Source: Nemertoderma westbladi (Eukaryota; Animalia; Xenacoelomorpha). Taken from it: DNA of 64,000 bases. The position numbers were made by a program, and so were the translations under genes. The DNA is taken from positions 62,001 through 126,000 of the forward strand of contig JAUCBJ010002937.1 of NCBI GenBank assembly GCA_032718475.1, in the 5' to 3' direction. Of this stretch, positions 45,101-57,900 are shown in pieces (position 1 is the first letter of the stretch; the number at the start of each line of letters is the position of its first letter). The notes below the pieces were generated by a model. That model saw only the letters and a list, made by a program, of their open reading frames with translations. It was not told the origin of the DNA and ran no database searches.

Positions 45101-48100
45101 TAAACCTCTGTTAGAGCCAGTAAGGTCAGCCTCTGTTAGAGCCAGTAAGGTAGCCACTGTTAGAGCCAGTAAGGTAGCCACTCACTGTTAGAGCCAGTAA
45201 GGTCAGCCTCTGTTAGAGCCAGTAAGGTAGCCACTGTTAGAGCCAGTAAGGTCAGCCTCTGTTAGAGCCAGTAAGGTAGCCACTGTTAGAGCCAGAAAGG
45301 TAGCCACTGTTAGAGCCAGTAAGGTCAGCCTCTGTTAAAGCCAATAAGGTCAGACTCTGTTAGAGCCAGTAAGGTCAACCTCTGTTAGCGTCAGTAAGGT
45401 CAGCCTCTGTTAGAGCCAGTAAGGTAGCCACTGTTAGAGCCAGAAAGGTAGCCACTGTTAGAGCCAGTAAGGTCAGCCTCTGTTAAAGCCAATAAAGTCA
45501 GACTCTGTTAGAGCCAGTAAGGTCAACCTCTGTTAGCGTCAGTAAGGTCAGCCTCTGTTAGAGCCAGTAAGGTCAGCCTCTGTTAGAGCCAGTAACGTCA
45601 GCCTCTGTTAGAGCCAGTAAGGTCAACCTCTGTTAGAGTCAGTATGGTCAGCCTCTGTTAGAGCCAGTAAGGTCAGCCTCTGTTAGAGCCAGTAAGGTCA
45701 GCCTCTGTTAGAGCCAGTAAGGTCAGCCTCTGTTAGAGCCAGTAAGGTAGCCACTGTTAGAGCCAGTAAGGTCAGCCTCTGTTAGAGCCAGTAACGTCAG
45801 CCTCTGTTAGAGCCAGTAAGGTCAGACTCTGTTAGAGCCAGTAAGGTCAGCCTCTGTTAGAGCCAGTAAGGTAGCCACTGTTAGAGCCAGTAAGGTAGCC
45901 ACTGTTAGAGCCAGTAAGGTCAGCCTCTGTTAGAGTCAGTAAGGTAGCCTCTGTTAGAGCCAGTAAGGTAGCCCTGTTAGAGCCAGTAAGGTAGCCACTG
46001 TTAGAGCCAGTAAGGTCAGCCTCTGTTAGAGCCAGTAACGTCAGCCTCTGTTAGAGCCAATAAGGTCAGACTCTGTTAGAGCCAGTAAGGTCAGCCTCTG
46101 TTAGAGCCAATAAGGTAGCCACTGTTAGAGCCAGTAAGGTCAACTCTGTTAGAGTCAGTAAGGTCAGCCTCTGTTAGAGCCAGTAAGGTCAGCCTCTGTT
46201 AGAGCCAGTAACGTCAGCCTCTGTTAGAGCCAGTAAGGTGGCCACTGTTAGATTCAGTAAGGTAGCCACTGTTAGAGCCAGTAAGGTCAGCCTCTGTTAG
46301 AGCCAGTAAGGTAGCCACTGTTAGAGCCAGTAAGGTAGCCACTGTTAGAGCCAGTAACGTCAGCCTCTGTTAAAGCCAATAAGGTCAGACTCTGTTAGAG
46401 CCAGTAAGGTCAACCTCTGTTAGCGTCAGTAACGTCAGCCTCTGTAGAGCCAGTAAGGTAGCCACTGTTAGAGCCAGAAAGGTAGCCACTGTTAGAGCCA
46501 GTAAGGTCAGCCTCTGTTAAAGCCAATAAGGTCAGACTCTGTTAGAGCCAGTAAGGTCAACCTCTGTTAGCGTCAGTAACGTCAGCCTCTGTTAGAGCCA
46601 GTAAGGTAGCCACTGTTAGAGCCAGTAAGGTAGCCACTGTTAGAGCCAGTAAGGTCAGCCTCTGTTAAAGCCAATAAGGTCAGACTCTGTTAGAGCCAGT
46701 AAGGTCAACCTCTGTTAGCGTCAGTAAGGTCAGCCTCTGTTAGAGCCAGTAAGGTCAGCCTCTGTTAGAGCCAGTAACGTCAGCCTCTGTTAGAGCCAGT
46801 AAGGTCAACCTCTGTTAGAGTCAGTATGGTCAGCCTCTGTTAGAGCCAGTAAGGTCAGCCTCTGTTAGAGCCAGTAAGGTCAGCCTCTGTTAGAGCCAGT
46901 AAGGTCAGCCTCTGTTAGAGCCAGTAAGGTAGCCACTGTTAGAGCCAGTAAGGTCAGCCTCTGTTAGAGCCAGTAAGGTCAGCCTCTGTTAGAGCCAATA
47001 AGGTCAGACTCTGTAGAGCCAGTAAGGTCAGCCTCTGTTAGAGCCAGTAAGGTAGCCACTGTTAGAGCCAGTAAGGTAGCCACTGTTAGAGCCAGTAAGG
47101 TAGCCACTGTTAGAGCCAGTAAGGTCAGCCACTGTTAGAGCCAGTAAGGTAGCCACTGTTAGAGCCAGTAAGGTAGCCACTGTTAGAGCCAGTAAGGTCA
47201 GCCTCTGTTAGAGCCAGTAAGGTCAGCCCCTGTTAGAGCCAGTAAGGTAGCCTCTGTTAGAGCCAGTAAGGTAGCCCTGTTAGAGCCAGTAAGGTAGCCA
47301 CTGTTAGAGCCAGTAAGGTCAGCCTCTGTTAGAGCCAGTAACGTCAGCCTCTGTTAGAGCCAATAAGGTCAGACTCTGTTAGAGCCAGTAAGGTCAGCCT
47401 CTGTTAGAGCCAGTAAGGTAGCCACTGTTAGAGCCAGTAAGGTCAGCCTCTGTTAGAGCCAGTAAGGTCAGCCTCTGTTAGAGCCAGTAAGGTCAGCCTC
47501 TGTTAGAGCCAGTAACGTCAGCCTCTGTTAGAGCCAGTAAGGTGGCCACTGTTAGAGTCAGTAAGGTAGCCACTGTTAGAGCCAGTAAGGTCAGCCTCTG
47601 TTAGAGCCAGTAAGGTAGCCACTGTTAGAGCCAGTAAGGTAGCCACTGTTAGAGCCAGTAACGTCAGCCTCTGTTAAAGCCAATAAGGTCAGACTCTGTT
47701 AGAGCCAGTAAGGTCAGCCTCTGTTAGAGCCAGTAAGGTAGCCACTGTTAGAGCCAGTAAGGTAGCCTCTGTTAGAGCCAGTAAAGTCAGCCTCTGTTAG
47801 AGCCAATAAGGTCAGACTCTGTTAGAGCCAGTAAGGTCAGCCTCTGTTAGAGCCAGTAAGGTCAACCTCTGTTAGAGCCAGTAAGGTCAGCCTCTGTTAG
47901 AGCCAGTAAGGTAGCCACTGTTAGAGCCAGTAAGGTAGCCTCTGTTAGAGCCAGTAAGGTCAGCCTCTGTTAGAGCCAATAAGGTCAGACTCTGTTAGAG
48001 CCAGTAAGGTCAGCCTCTGTTAGAGCCAGTAAGGTCAGCCTCTGTTAGAGCCAGTAAGGTCAGCCTCTGTTAGAGCCAGTAAGGTAGCCACTGTTAGAGC

Positions 48101-48909
48101 CAATAAGGTAGCCACTGTTAGAGCCAGTAAGGTCAGCCTCTGTTAGAGCCAGTAAGGTAGCCACTGTTAGAGCCAGTAAGGTAGCCACTGTTAGAGCCAG
48201 TAAGGTCAGCCTCTGTTAGCGCCAGTAAGGTAGCTACTGTTAGAGCCAGTAAGGTAGCCACTCACTTTTTGAGCCAGTAAGGTAGCCTCTGTTAGAGCCA
48301 GTAAGGTAGCCTCTGTTAGAGCCAGTAAGGTAGCCTCTGTTAGAGCCAGTAAGGTAGCCACTGTTAGAGCCAGTAAGGTCAACCTCTGTTAGAGTCAGTA
48401 TGGTCAGCCTCTGTTAGAGCCAGTAAGGTCAGCCTCTGTTAGAGTCAGTAAGGTCAGCCTCTGTTAGAGCCAGTAACGTCAGCCTCTGTTAGAGCGGTAA
48501 GGTAGCCTCTGTTAGAGCCAGTAAGGTCAGCCTCTGTTAGAGCCAGTAAGGTCAGCCTCTGTTAGAGCCAGTAAGGTAGCCACTGTTAGAGCCACTAAGG
48601 TCAGCCTCTGTTAGAACCAGTAAGGTAGCCTCTGTTAGAGCCAGTAAGGTAGCCACTGTTAGAGCCAGTAACGTCAGCCTCTGTTAGAGCCAGTAAGGTC
48701 AGCCTCTGTTAGAGCCAGTAAGGTAGCCACTGTTAGAGCCAGTAAGGTCAGCCTCTGTTAGAGCCAGTATCGTCAGCCTCTGTTAAAGCCAATAAGGTCA
48801 GACTCTGTTAGAGCCAGTAAGGTCAATCTCTGTTAGAGTCAGTAAGGTCAGCCTCTGTTAGAGCCAGTAAGGTCAGCCTCTGTTAGAGCCAGTAAGGTAG
48901 ACACTGTTA
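36160..48909. repeat. Satellite A (block 5, 12.7 kb uninterrupted)
   Basis: Same monomers, with recurring ordered sets of variants. Confidence 0.98.
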
Positions 48910-51900
48910 TTCAATACAATGACATGGGGACCCTTTCTGTGCATATCGGTATTCAATACAATGACATGGGGACCCTTTCTGTCCCAAACATATCGGTATT
49001 CAATACAATGACATGGGGACCCTTTCTGTGCATATCGGTATTCAATACAATGACATGGGGACCCTTTCTGTCCCAAACATATCGGTATTCAATACAATGA
49101 CATGGGGACCCTTTCTGTCCCAAACATATCGGTATTCAATACAATGACATGGGGACCCTTTCTGTCCCAAACATATCGGTATTCAATACAATGACATGGG
49201 GACCCTTTCTGTCCCAAACATATCGGTATTCAATACAATGACATGGGGACCCTTTCTGTCCCAAACATATCGGTATTCAATACAATGACATGGGGACCCT
49301 TTCTGTCCCAAACATATCGGTATTCAATACAATGACATGGGGACCCTTTCTGTCCCAAACATATCGGTATTCAATACAATGACATGGGGACCCTTTCTGT
49401 GCATATCGGTATTCAATACAATGACATGGGGACCCTTTCTGTGCATATCGGTATTCAATACAATGACATGGGGACCCTTTCTGTGCATATCGGTATTCAA
49501 TACAATGACATGGGGACCCTTTCTGTGCATATCGGTATTCAATACAATGACATGGGGACCCTTTCTGTGCATATCGGTATTCAATACAATGACATGGGGA
49601 CCCTTTCTGTCCCAACATATCGGTATTCAATACAATGACATGGGGACCCTTTCTGTCCCAAACATATCGGTATTCAATACAATGACATGGGGACCCTTTC
49701 TGTCCCAAACATATCGGTATTCAATACAATGACATGGGGACCCTTTCTGTGCATATCGGTATTCAATACAATGACATGGGGACCCTTTCTGTGCATATCG
49801 GTATTCAATACAATGACATGGGGACCCTTTCTGTGCATATCGGTATTCAATACAATGACATGGGGACCCTTTCTGTGCATATCGGTATTCAATACAATGA
49901 CATGGGGACCCTTTCTGTGCATATCGGTATTCAATACAATGACATGGGGACCCTTTCTGTCCCAAACATATCGGTATTCAATACAATGACATGGGGACCC
50001 TTTCTGTCCCAAACATATCGGTATTCAATACAATGACATGGGGACCCTTTCTGTCCCAAACATATCGGTATTCAATACAATGACATGGGGACCCTTTCTG
50101 TCCCAAACATATCGGTATTCAATACAATGACATGGGGACCCTTTCTGTCCCAAACATATCGGTATTCAATACAATGACATGGGGACCCTTTCTGTGCATA
50201 TCGGTATTCAATACAATGACATGGGGACCCTTTCTGTCCCAACATATCGGTATTCAATACAATGACATGGGGACCCTTTCTGTGCATATCGGTATTCAAT
50301 ACAATGACATGGGGACCCTTTCTGTGCATATCGGTATTCAATACAATGACATGGGGACCCTTTCTGTGCATATCGGTATTCAATACAATGACATGGGGAC
50401 CCTTTCTGTGCATATCGGTATTCAATACAATGACATGGGGACCCTTTCTGTGCATATCGGTATTCAATACAATGACATGGGGACCCTTTCTGTGCATATC
50501 GGTATTCAATACAATGACATGGGGACCCTTTCTGTGCATATCGGTATTCAATACAATGACATGGGGACCCTTTCTGTGCATATCGGTATTCAATACAATG
50601 ACATGGGGACCCTTTCTGTCCCAAACATATCGGTATTCAATACAATGACATGGGGACCCTTTCTGTCCCAAACATATCGGTATTCAATACAATGACATGG
50701 GGACCCTTTCTGTGCATATCGGTATTCAATACAATGACATGGGGACCCTTTCTGTGCATATCGGTATTCAATACAATGACATGGGGACCCTTTCTGTCCC
50801 AAACATATCGGTATTCAATACAATGACATGGGGACCCTTTCTGTCCCAAACATATCGGTATTCAATACAATGACATGGGGACCCTTTCTGTCCCAAACAT
50901 ATCGGTATTCAATACAATGACATGGGGACCCTTTCTGTCCCAAACATATCGGTATTCAATACAATGACATGGGGACCCTTTCTGTCCCAAACATATCGGT
51001 ATTCAATACAATGACATGGGGACCCTTTCTGTGCATATCGGTATTCAATACAATGACATGGGGACCCTTTCTGTGCATATCGGTATTCAATACAATGACA
51101 TGGGGACCCTTTCTGTGCATATCGGTATTCAATACAATGACATGGGGACCCTTTCTGTGCATATCGGTATTCAATACAATGACATGGGGACCCTTTCTGT
51201 GCATATCGGTATTCAATACAATGACATGGGGACCCTTTCTGTCCCAAACATATCGGTATTCAATACAATGACATGGGGACCCTTTCTGTCCCAAACATAT
51301 CGGTATTCAATACAATGACATGGGGACCCTTTCTGTGCATATCGGTATTCAATACAATGACATGGGGACCCTTTCTGTCCCAAACATATCGGTATTCAAT
51401 ACAATGACATGGGGACCCTTTCTGTCCCAAACATATCGGTATTCAATACAATGACATGGGGACCCTTTCTGTGCATATCGGTATTCAATACAATGACATG
51501 GGGACCCTTTCTGTCCCAAACATATCGGTATTCAATACAATGACATGGGGACCCTTTCTGTCCCAAACATATCGGTATTCAATACAATGACATGGGGACC
51601 CTTTCTGTGCATATCGGTATTCAATACAATGACATGGGGACCCTTTCTGTCCCAAACATATCGGTATTCAATACAATGACATGGGGACCCTTTCTGTGCA
51701 TATCGGTATTCAATACAATGACATGGGGACCCTTTCTGTGCATATCGGTATTCAATACAATGACATGGGGACCCTTTCTGTCCCAAACATATCGGTATTC
51801 AATACAATGACATGGGGACCCTTTCTGTCCCAAACATATCGGTATTCAATACAATGACATGGGGACCCTTTCTGTCCCAAACATATCGGTATTCAATACA

Positions 51901-54900
51901 ATGACATGGGGACCCTTTCTGTGCATATCGGTATTCAATACAATGACATGGGGACCCTTTCTGTGCATATCGGTATTCAATACAATGACATGGGGACCCT
52001 TTCTGTGCATATCGGTATTCAATACAATGACATGGGGACCCTTTCTGTGCATATCGGTATTCAATACAATGACATGGGGACCCTTTCTGTGCATATCGGT
52101 ATTCAATACAATGACATGGGGACCCTTTCTGTGCATATCGGTATTCAATACAATGACATGGGGACCCTTTCTGTGCATATCGGTATTCAATACAATGACA
52201 TGGGGACCCTTTCTGTGCATATCGGTATTCAATACAATGACATGGGGACCCTTTCTGTGCATATCGGTATTCAATACAATGACATGGGGACCCTTTCTGT
52301 CCCAAACATATCGGTATTCAATACAATGACATGGGGACCCTTTCTGTCCCAAACATATCGGTATTCAATACAATGACATGGGGACCCTTTCTGTCCCAAA
52401 CATATCGGTATTCAATACAATGACATGGGGACCCTTTCTGTCCCAAACATATCGGTATTCAATACAATGACATGGGGACCCTTTCTGTGCATATCGGTAT
52501 TCAATACAATGACATGGGGACCCTTTCTGTCCCAAACATATCGGTATTCAATACAATGACATGGGGACCCTTTCTGTCCCAAACATATCGGTATTCAATA
52601 CAATGACATGGGGACCCTTTCTGTGCATATCGGTATTCAATACAATGACATGGGGACCCTTTCTGTGCATATCGGTATTCAATACAATGACATGGGGACC
52701 CTTTCTGTGCATATCGGTATTCAATACAATGACATGGGGACCCTTTCTGTGCATATCGGTATTCAATACAATGACATGGGGACCCTTTCTGTGCATATCG
52801 GTATTCAATACAATGACATGGGGACCCTTTCTGTGCATATCGGTATTCAATACAATGACATGGGGACCCTTTCTGTCCCAAACATATCGGTATTCAATAC
52901 AATGACATGGGGACCCTTTCTGTCCCAAACATATCGGTATTCAATACAATGACATGGGGACCCTTTCTGTGCATATCGGTATTCAATACAATGACATGGG
53001 GACCCTTTCTGTGCATATCGGTATTCAATACAATGACATGGGGACCCTTTCTGTGCATATCGGTATTCAATACAATGACATGGGGACCCTTTCTGTCCCA
53101 AACATATCGGTATTCAATACAATGACATGGGGACCCTTTCTGTGCATATCGGTATTCAATACAATGACATGGGGACCCTTTCTGTCCCAAACATATCGGT
53201 ATTCAATACAATGACATGGGGACCCTTTCTGTGCATATCGGTATTCAATACAATGACATGGGGACCCTTTCTGTCCCAAACATATCGGTATTCAATACAA
53301 TGACATGGGGACCCTTTCTGTGCATATCGGTATTCAATACAATGACATGGGGACCCTTTCTGTCCCAAACATATCGGTATTCAATACAATGACATGGGGA
53401 CCCTTTCTGTGCATATCGGTATTCAATACAATGACATGGGGACCCTTTCTGTGCATATCGGTATTCAATACAATGACATGGGGACCCTTTCTGTGCATAT
53501 CGGTATTCAATACAATGACATGGGGACCCTTTCTGTGCATATCGGTATTCAATACAATGACATGGGGACCCTTTCTGTGCATATCGGTATTCAATACAAT
53601 GACATGGGGACCCTTTCTGTCCCAAACATATCGGTATTCAATACAATGACATGGGGACCCTTTCTGTCCCAAACATATCGGTATTCAATACAATGACATG
53701 GGGACCCTTTCTGTCCCAAACATATCGGTATTCAATACAATGACATGGGGACCCTTTCTGTGCATATCGGTATTCAATACAATGACATGGGGACCCTTTC
53801 TGTGCATATCGGTATTCAATACAATGACATGGGGACCCTTTCTGTGCATATCGGTATTCAATACAATGACATGGGGACCCTTTCTGTGCATATCGGTATT
53901 CAATACAATGACATGGGGACCCTTTCTGTCCCAAACATATCGGTATTCAATACAATGACATGGGGACCCTTTCTGTCCAACATATCGGTATTCAATACAA
54001 TGACATGGGGACCCTTTCTGTCCCAAACATATCGGTATTCAATACAATGACATGGGGACCCTTTCTGTCCCAAACATATCGGTATTCAATACAATGACAT
54101 GGGGACCCTTTCTGTCCCGAACATATCGGTATTCAATACAATGACATGGGGACCCTTTCTGTCCCGACATATCGGTATTCAATACAATGACATGGGGACC
54201 CTTTCTGTGCATATCGGTATTCAATACAATGACATGGGGACCCTTTCTGTCCCAAACATATCGGTATTCAATACAATGACATGGGGACCCTTTCTGTCCC
54301 AAACATATCGGTATTCAATACAATGACATGGGGACCCTTTCTGTGCATATCGGTATTCAATACAATGACATGGGGACCCTTTCTGTCCCAAACATATCGG
54401 TATTCAATACAATGACATGGGGACCCTTTCTGTCCCAAACATATCGGTATTCAATACAATGACATGGGGACCCTTTCTGTCCCAAACATATCGGTATTCA
54501 ATACAATGACATGGGGACCCTTTCTGTGCATATCGGTATTCAATACAATGACATGGGGACCCTTTCTGTCCCAAACATATCGGTATTCAATACAATGACA
54601 TGGGGACCCTTTCTGTCCCAAACATATCGGTATTCAATACAATGACATGGGGACCCTTTCTGTCCCAAACATATCGGTATTCAATACAATGACATGGGGA
54701 CCCTTTCTGTGCATATCGGTATTCAATACAATGACATGGGGACCCTTTCTGTGCATATCGGTATTCAATACAATGACATGGGGACCCTTTCTGTGCATAT
54801 CGGTATTCAATACAATGACATGGGGACCCTTTCTGTCCCAAACATATCGGTATTCAATACAATGACATGGGGACCCTTTCTGTCCCAACATATCGGTATT

Positions 54901-57900
54901 CAATACAATGACATGGGGACCCTTTCTGTGCATATCGGTATTCAATACAATGACATGGGGACCCTTTCTGTGCATATCGGTATTCAATACAATGACATGG
55001 GGACCCTTTCTGTCCCAAACATATCGGTATTCAATACAATGACATGGGGACCCTTTCTGTCCCAAACATATCGGTATTCAATACAATGACATGGGGACCC
55101 TTTCTGTGCATATCGGTATTCAATACAATGACATGGGGACCCTTTCTGTGCATATCGGTATTCAATACAATGACATGGGGACCCTTTCTGTGCATATCGG
55201 TATTCAATACAATGACATGGGGACCCTTTCTGTGCATATCGGTATTCAATACAATGACATGGGGACCCTTTCTGTGCATATCGGTATTCAATACAATGAC
55301 ATGGGGACCCTTTCTGTCCCAAACATATCGGTATTCAATACAATGACATGGGGACCCTTTCTGTCCCAAACATATCGGTATTCAATACAATGACATGGGG
55401 ACCCTTTCTGTCCCAAACATATCGGTATTCAATACAATGACATGGGGACCCTTTCTGTCCCAAACATATCGGTATTCAATACAATGACATGGGGACCCTT
55501 TCTGTGCATATCGGTATTCAATACAATGACATGGGGACCCTTTCTGTGCATATCGGTATTCAATACAATGACATGGGGACCCTTTCTGTGCATATCGGTA
55601 TTCAATACAATGACATGGGGACCCTTTCTGTGCATATCGGTATTCAATACAATGACATGGGGACCCTTTCTGTCCCAAACATATCGGTATTCAATACAAT
55701 GACATGGGGACCCTTTCTGTGCATATCGGTATTCAATACAATGACATGGGGACCCTTTCTGTGCATATCGGTATTCAATACAATGACATGGGGACCCTTT
55801 CTGTGCATATCGGTATTCAATACAATGACATGGGGACCCTTTCTGTGCATATCGGTATTCAATACAATGACATGGGGACCCTTTCTGTCCCAAACATATC
55901 GGTATTCAATACAATGACATGGGGACCCTTTCTGTCCCAAACATATCGGTATTCAATACAATGACATGGGGACCCTTTCTGTGCATATCGGTATTCAATA
56001 CAATGACATGGGGACCCTTTCTGTGCATATCGGTATTCAATACAATGACATGGGGACCCTTTCTGTGCATATCGGTATTCAATACAATGACATGGGGACC
56101 CTTTCTGTCCCAAACATATCGGTATTCAATACAATGACATGGGGACCCTTTCTGTGCATATCGGTATTCAATACAATGACATGGGGACCCTTTCTGTGCA
56201 TATCGGTATTCAATACAATGACATGGGGACCCTTTCTGTGCATATCGGTATTCAATACAATGACATGGGGACCCTTTCTGTGCATATCGGTATTCAATAC
56301 AATGACATGGGGACCCTTTCTGTCCAAACATATCGGTATTCAATACAATGACATGGGGACCCTTTCTGTGCATATCGGTATTCAATACAATGACATGGGG
56401 ACCCTTTCTGTGCATATCGGTATTCAATACAATGACATGGGGACCCTTTCTGTGCATATCGGTATTCAATACAATGACATGGGGACCCTTTCTGTCCCAA
56501 ACATATCGGTATTCAATACAATGACATGGGGACCCTTTCTGTCCCAAACATATCGGTATTCAATACAATGACATGGGGACCCTTTCTGTGCATATCGGTA
56601 TTCAATACAATGACATGGGGACCCTTTCTGTCCCAAACATATCGGTATTCAATACAATGACATGGGGACCCTTTCTGTCCCAAACATATCGGTATTCAAT
56701 ACAATGACATGGGGACCCTTTCTGTGCATATCGGTATTCAATACAATGACATGGGGACCCTTTCTGTGCATATCGGTATTCAATACAATGACATGGGGAC
56801 CCTTTCTGTGCATATCGGTATTCAATACAATGACATGGGGACCCTTTCTGTCCCAAACATATCGGTATTCAATACAATGACATGGGGACCCTTTCTGTGC
56901 ATATCGGTATTCAATACAATGACATGGGGACCCTTTCTGTGCATATCGGTATTCAATACAATGACATGGGGACCCTTTCTGTGCATATCGGTATTCAATA
57001 CAATGACATGGGGACCCTTTCTGTGCATATCGGTATTCAATACAATGACATGGGGACCCTTTCTGTCCCAAACATATCGGTATTCAATACAATGACATGG
57101 GGACCCTTTCTGTCCCAAACATATCGGTATTCAATACAATGACATGGGGACCCTTTCTGTCCCAAACATATCGGTATTCAATACAATGACATGGGGACCC
57201 TTTCTGTGCATATCGGTATTCAATACAATGACATGGGGACCCTTTCTGTGCATATCGGTATTCAATACAATGACATGGGGACCCTTTCTGTGCATATCGG
57301 TATTCAATACAATGACATGGGGACCCTTTCTGTGCATATCGGTATTCAATACAATGACATGGGGACCCTTTCTGTCCCAAACATATCGGTATTCAATACA
57401 ATGACATGGGGACCCTTTCTGTGCATATCGGTATTCAATACAATGACATGGGGACCCTTTCTGTGCATATCGGTATTCAATACAATGACATGGGGACCCT
57501 TTCTGTGCATATCGGTATTCAATACAATGACATGGGGACCCTTTCTGTCCCAAACATATCGGTATTCAATACAATGACATGGGGACCCTTTCTGTGCATA
57601 TCGGTATTCAATACAATGACATGGGGACCCTTTCTGTGCATATCGGTATTCAATACAATGACATGGGGACCCTTTCTGTGCATATCGGTATTCAATACAA
57701 TGACATGGGGACCCTTTCTGTCCCAAACATATCGGTATTCAATACAATGACATGGGGACCCTTTCTGTGCATATCGGTATTCAATACAATGACATGGGGA
57801 CCCTTTCTGTGCATATCGGTATTCAATACAATGACATGGGGACCCTTTCTGTCCCAAACATATCGGTATTCAATACAATGACATGGGGACCCTTTCTGTC

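Noticed and set aside
1-48909. CRISPR-like array (GTTAGAGC resembles the type II repeat start GTTTTAGAGC)
   Set aside because: The units are head-to-tail with no unique spacers, there are no cas genes, and the context is eukaryotic retroelements.
1-48909. Canonical telomeric repeat (TTAGAG/TAAGG resemble TTAGGG/TTAGG)
   Set aside because: There are only isolated 5-6 bp resemblances inside a 24/25-bp unit, with no tandem telomere motif or strong G-strand bias.
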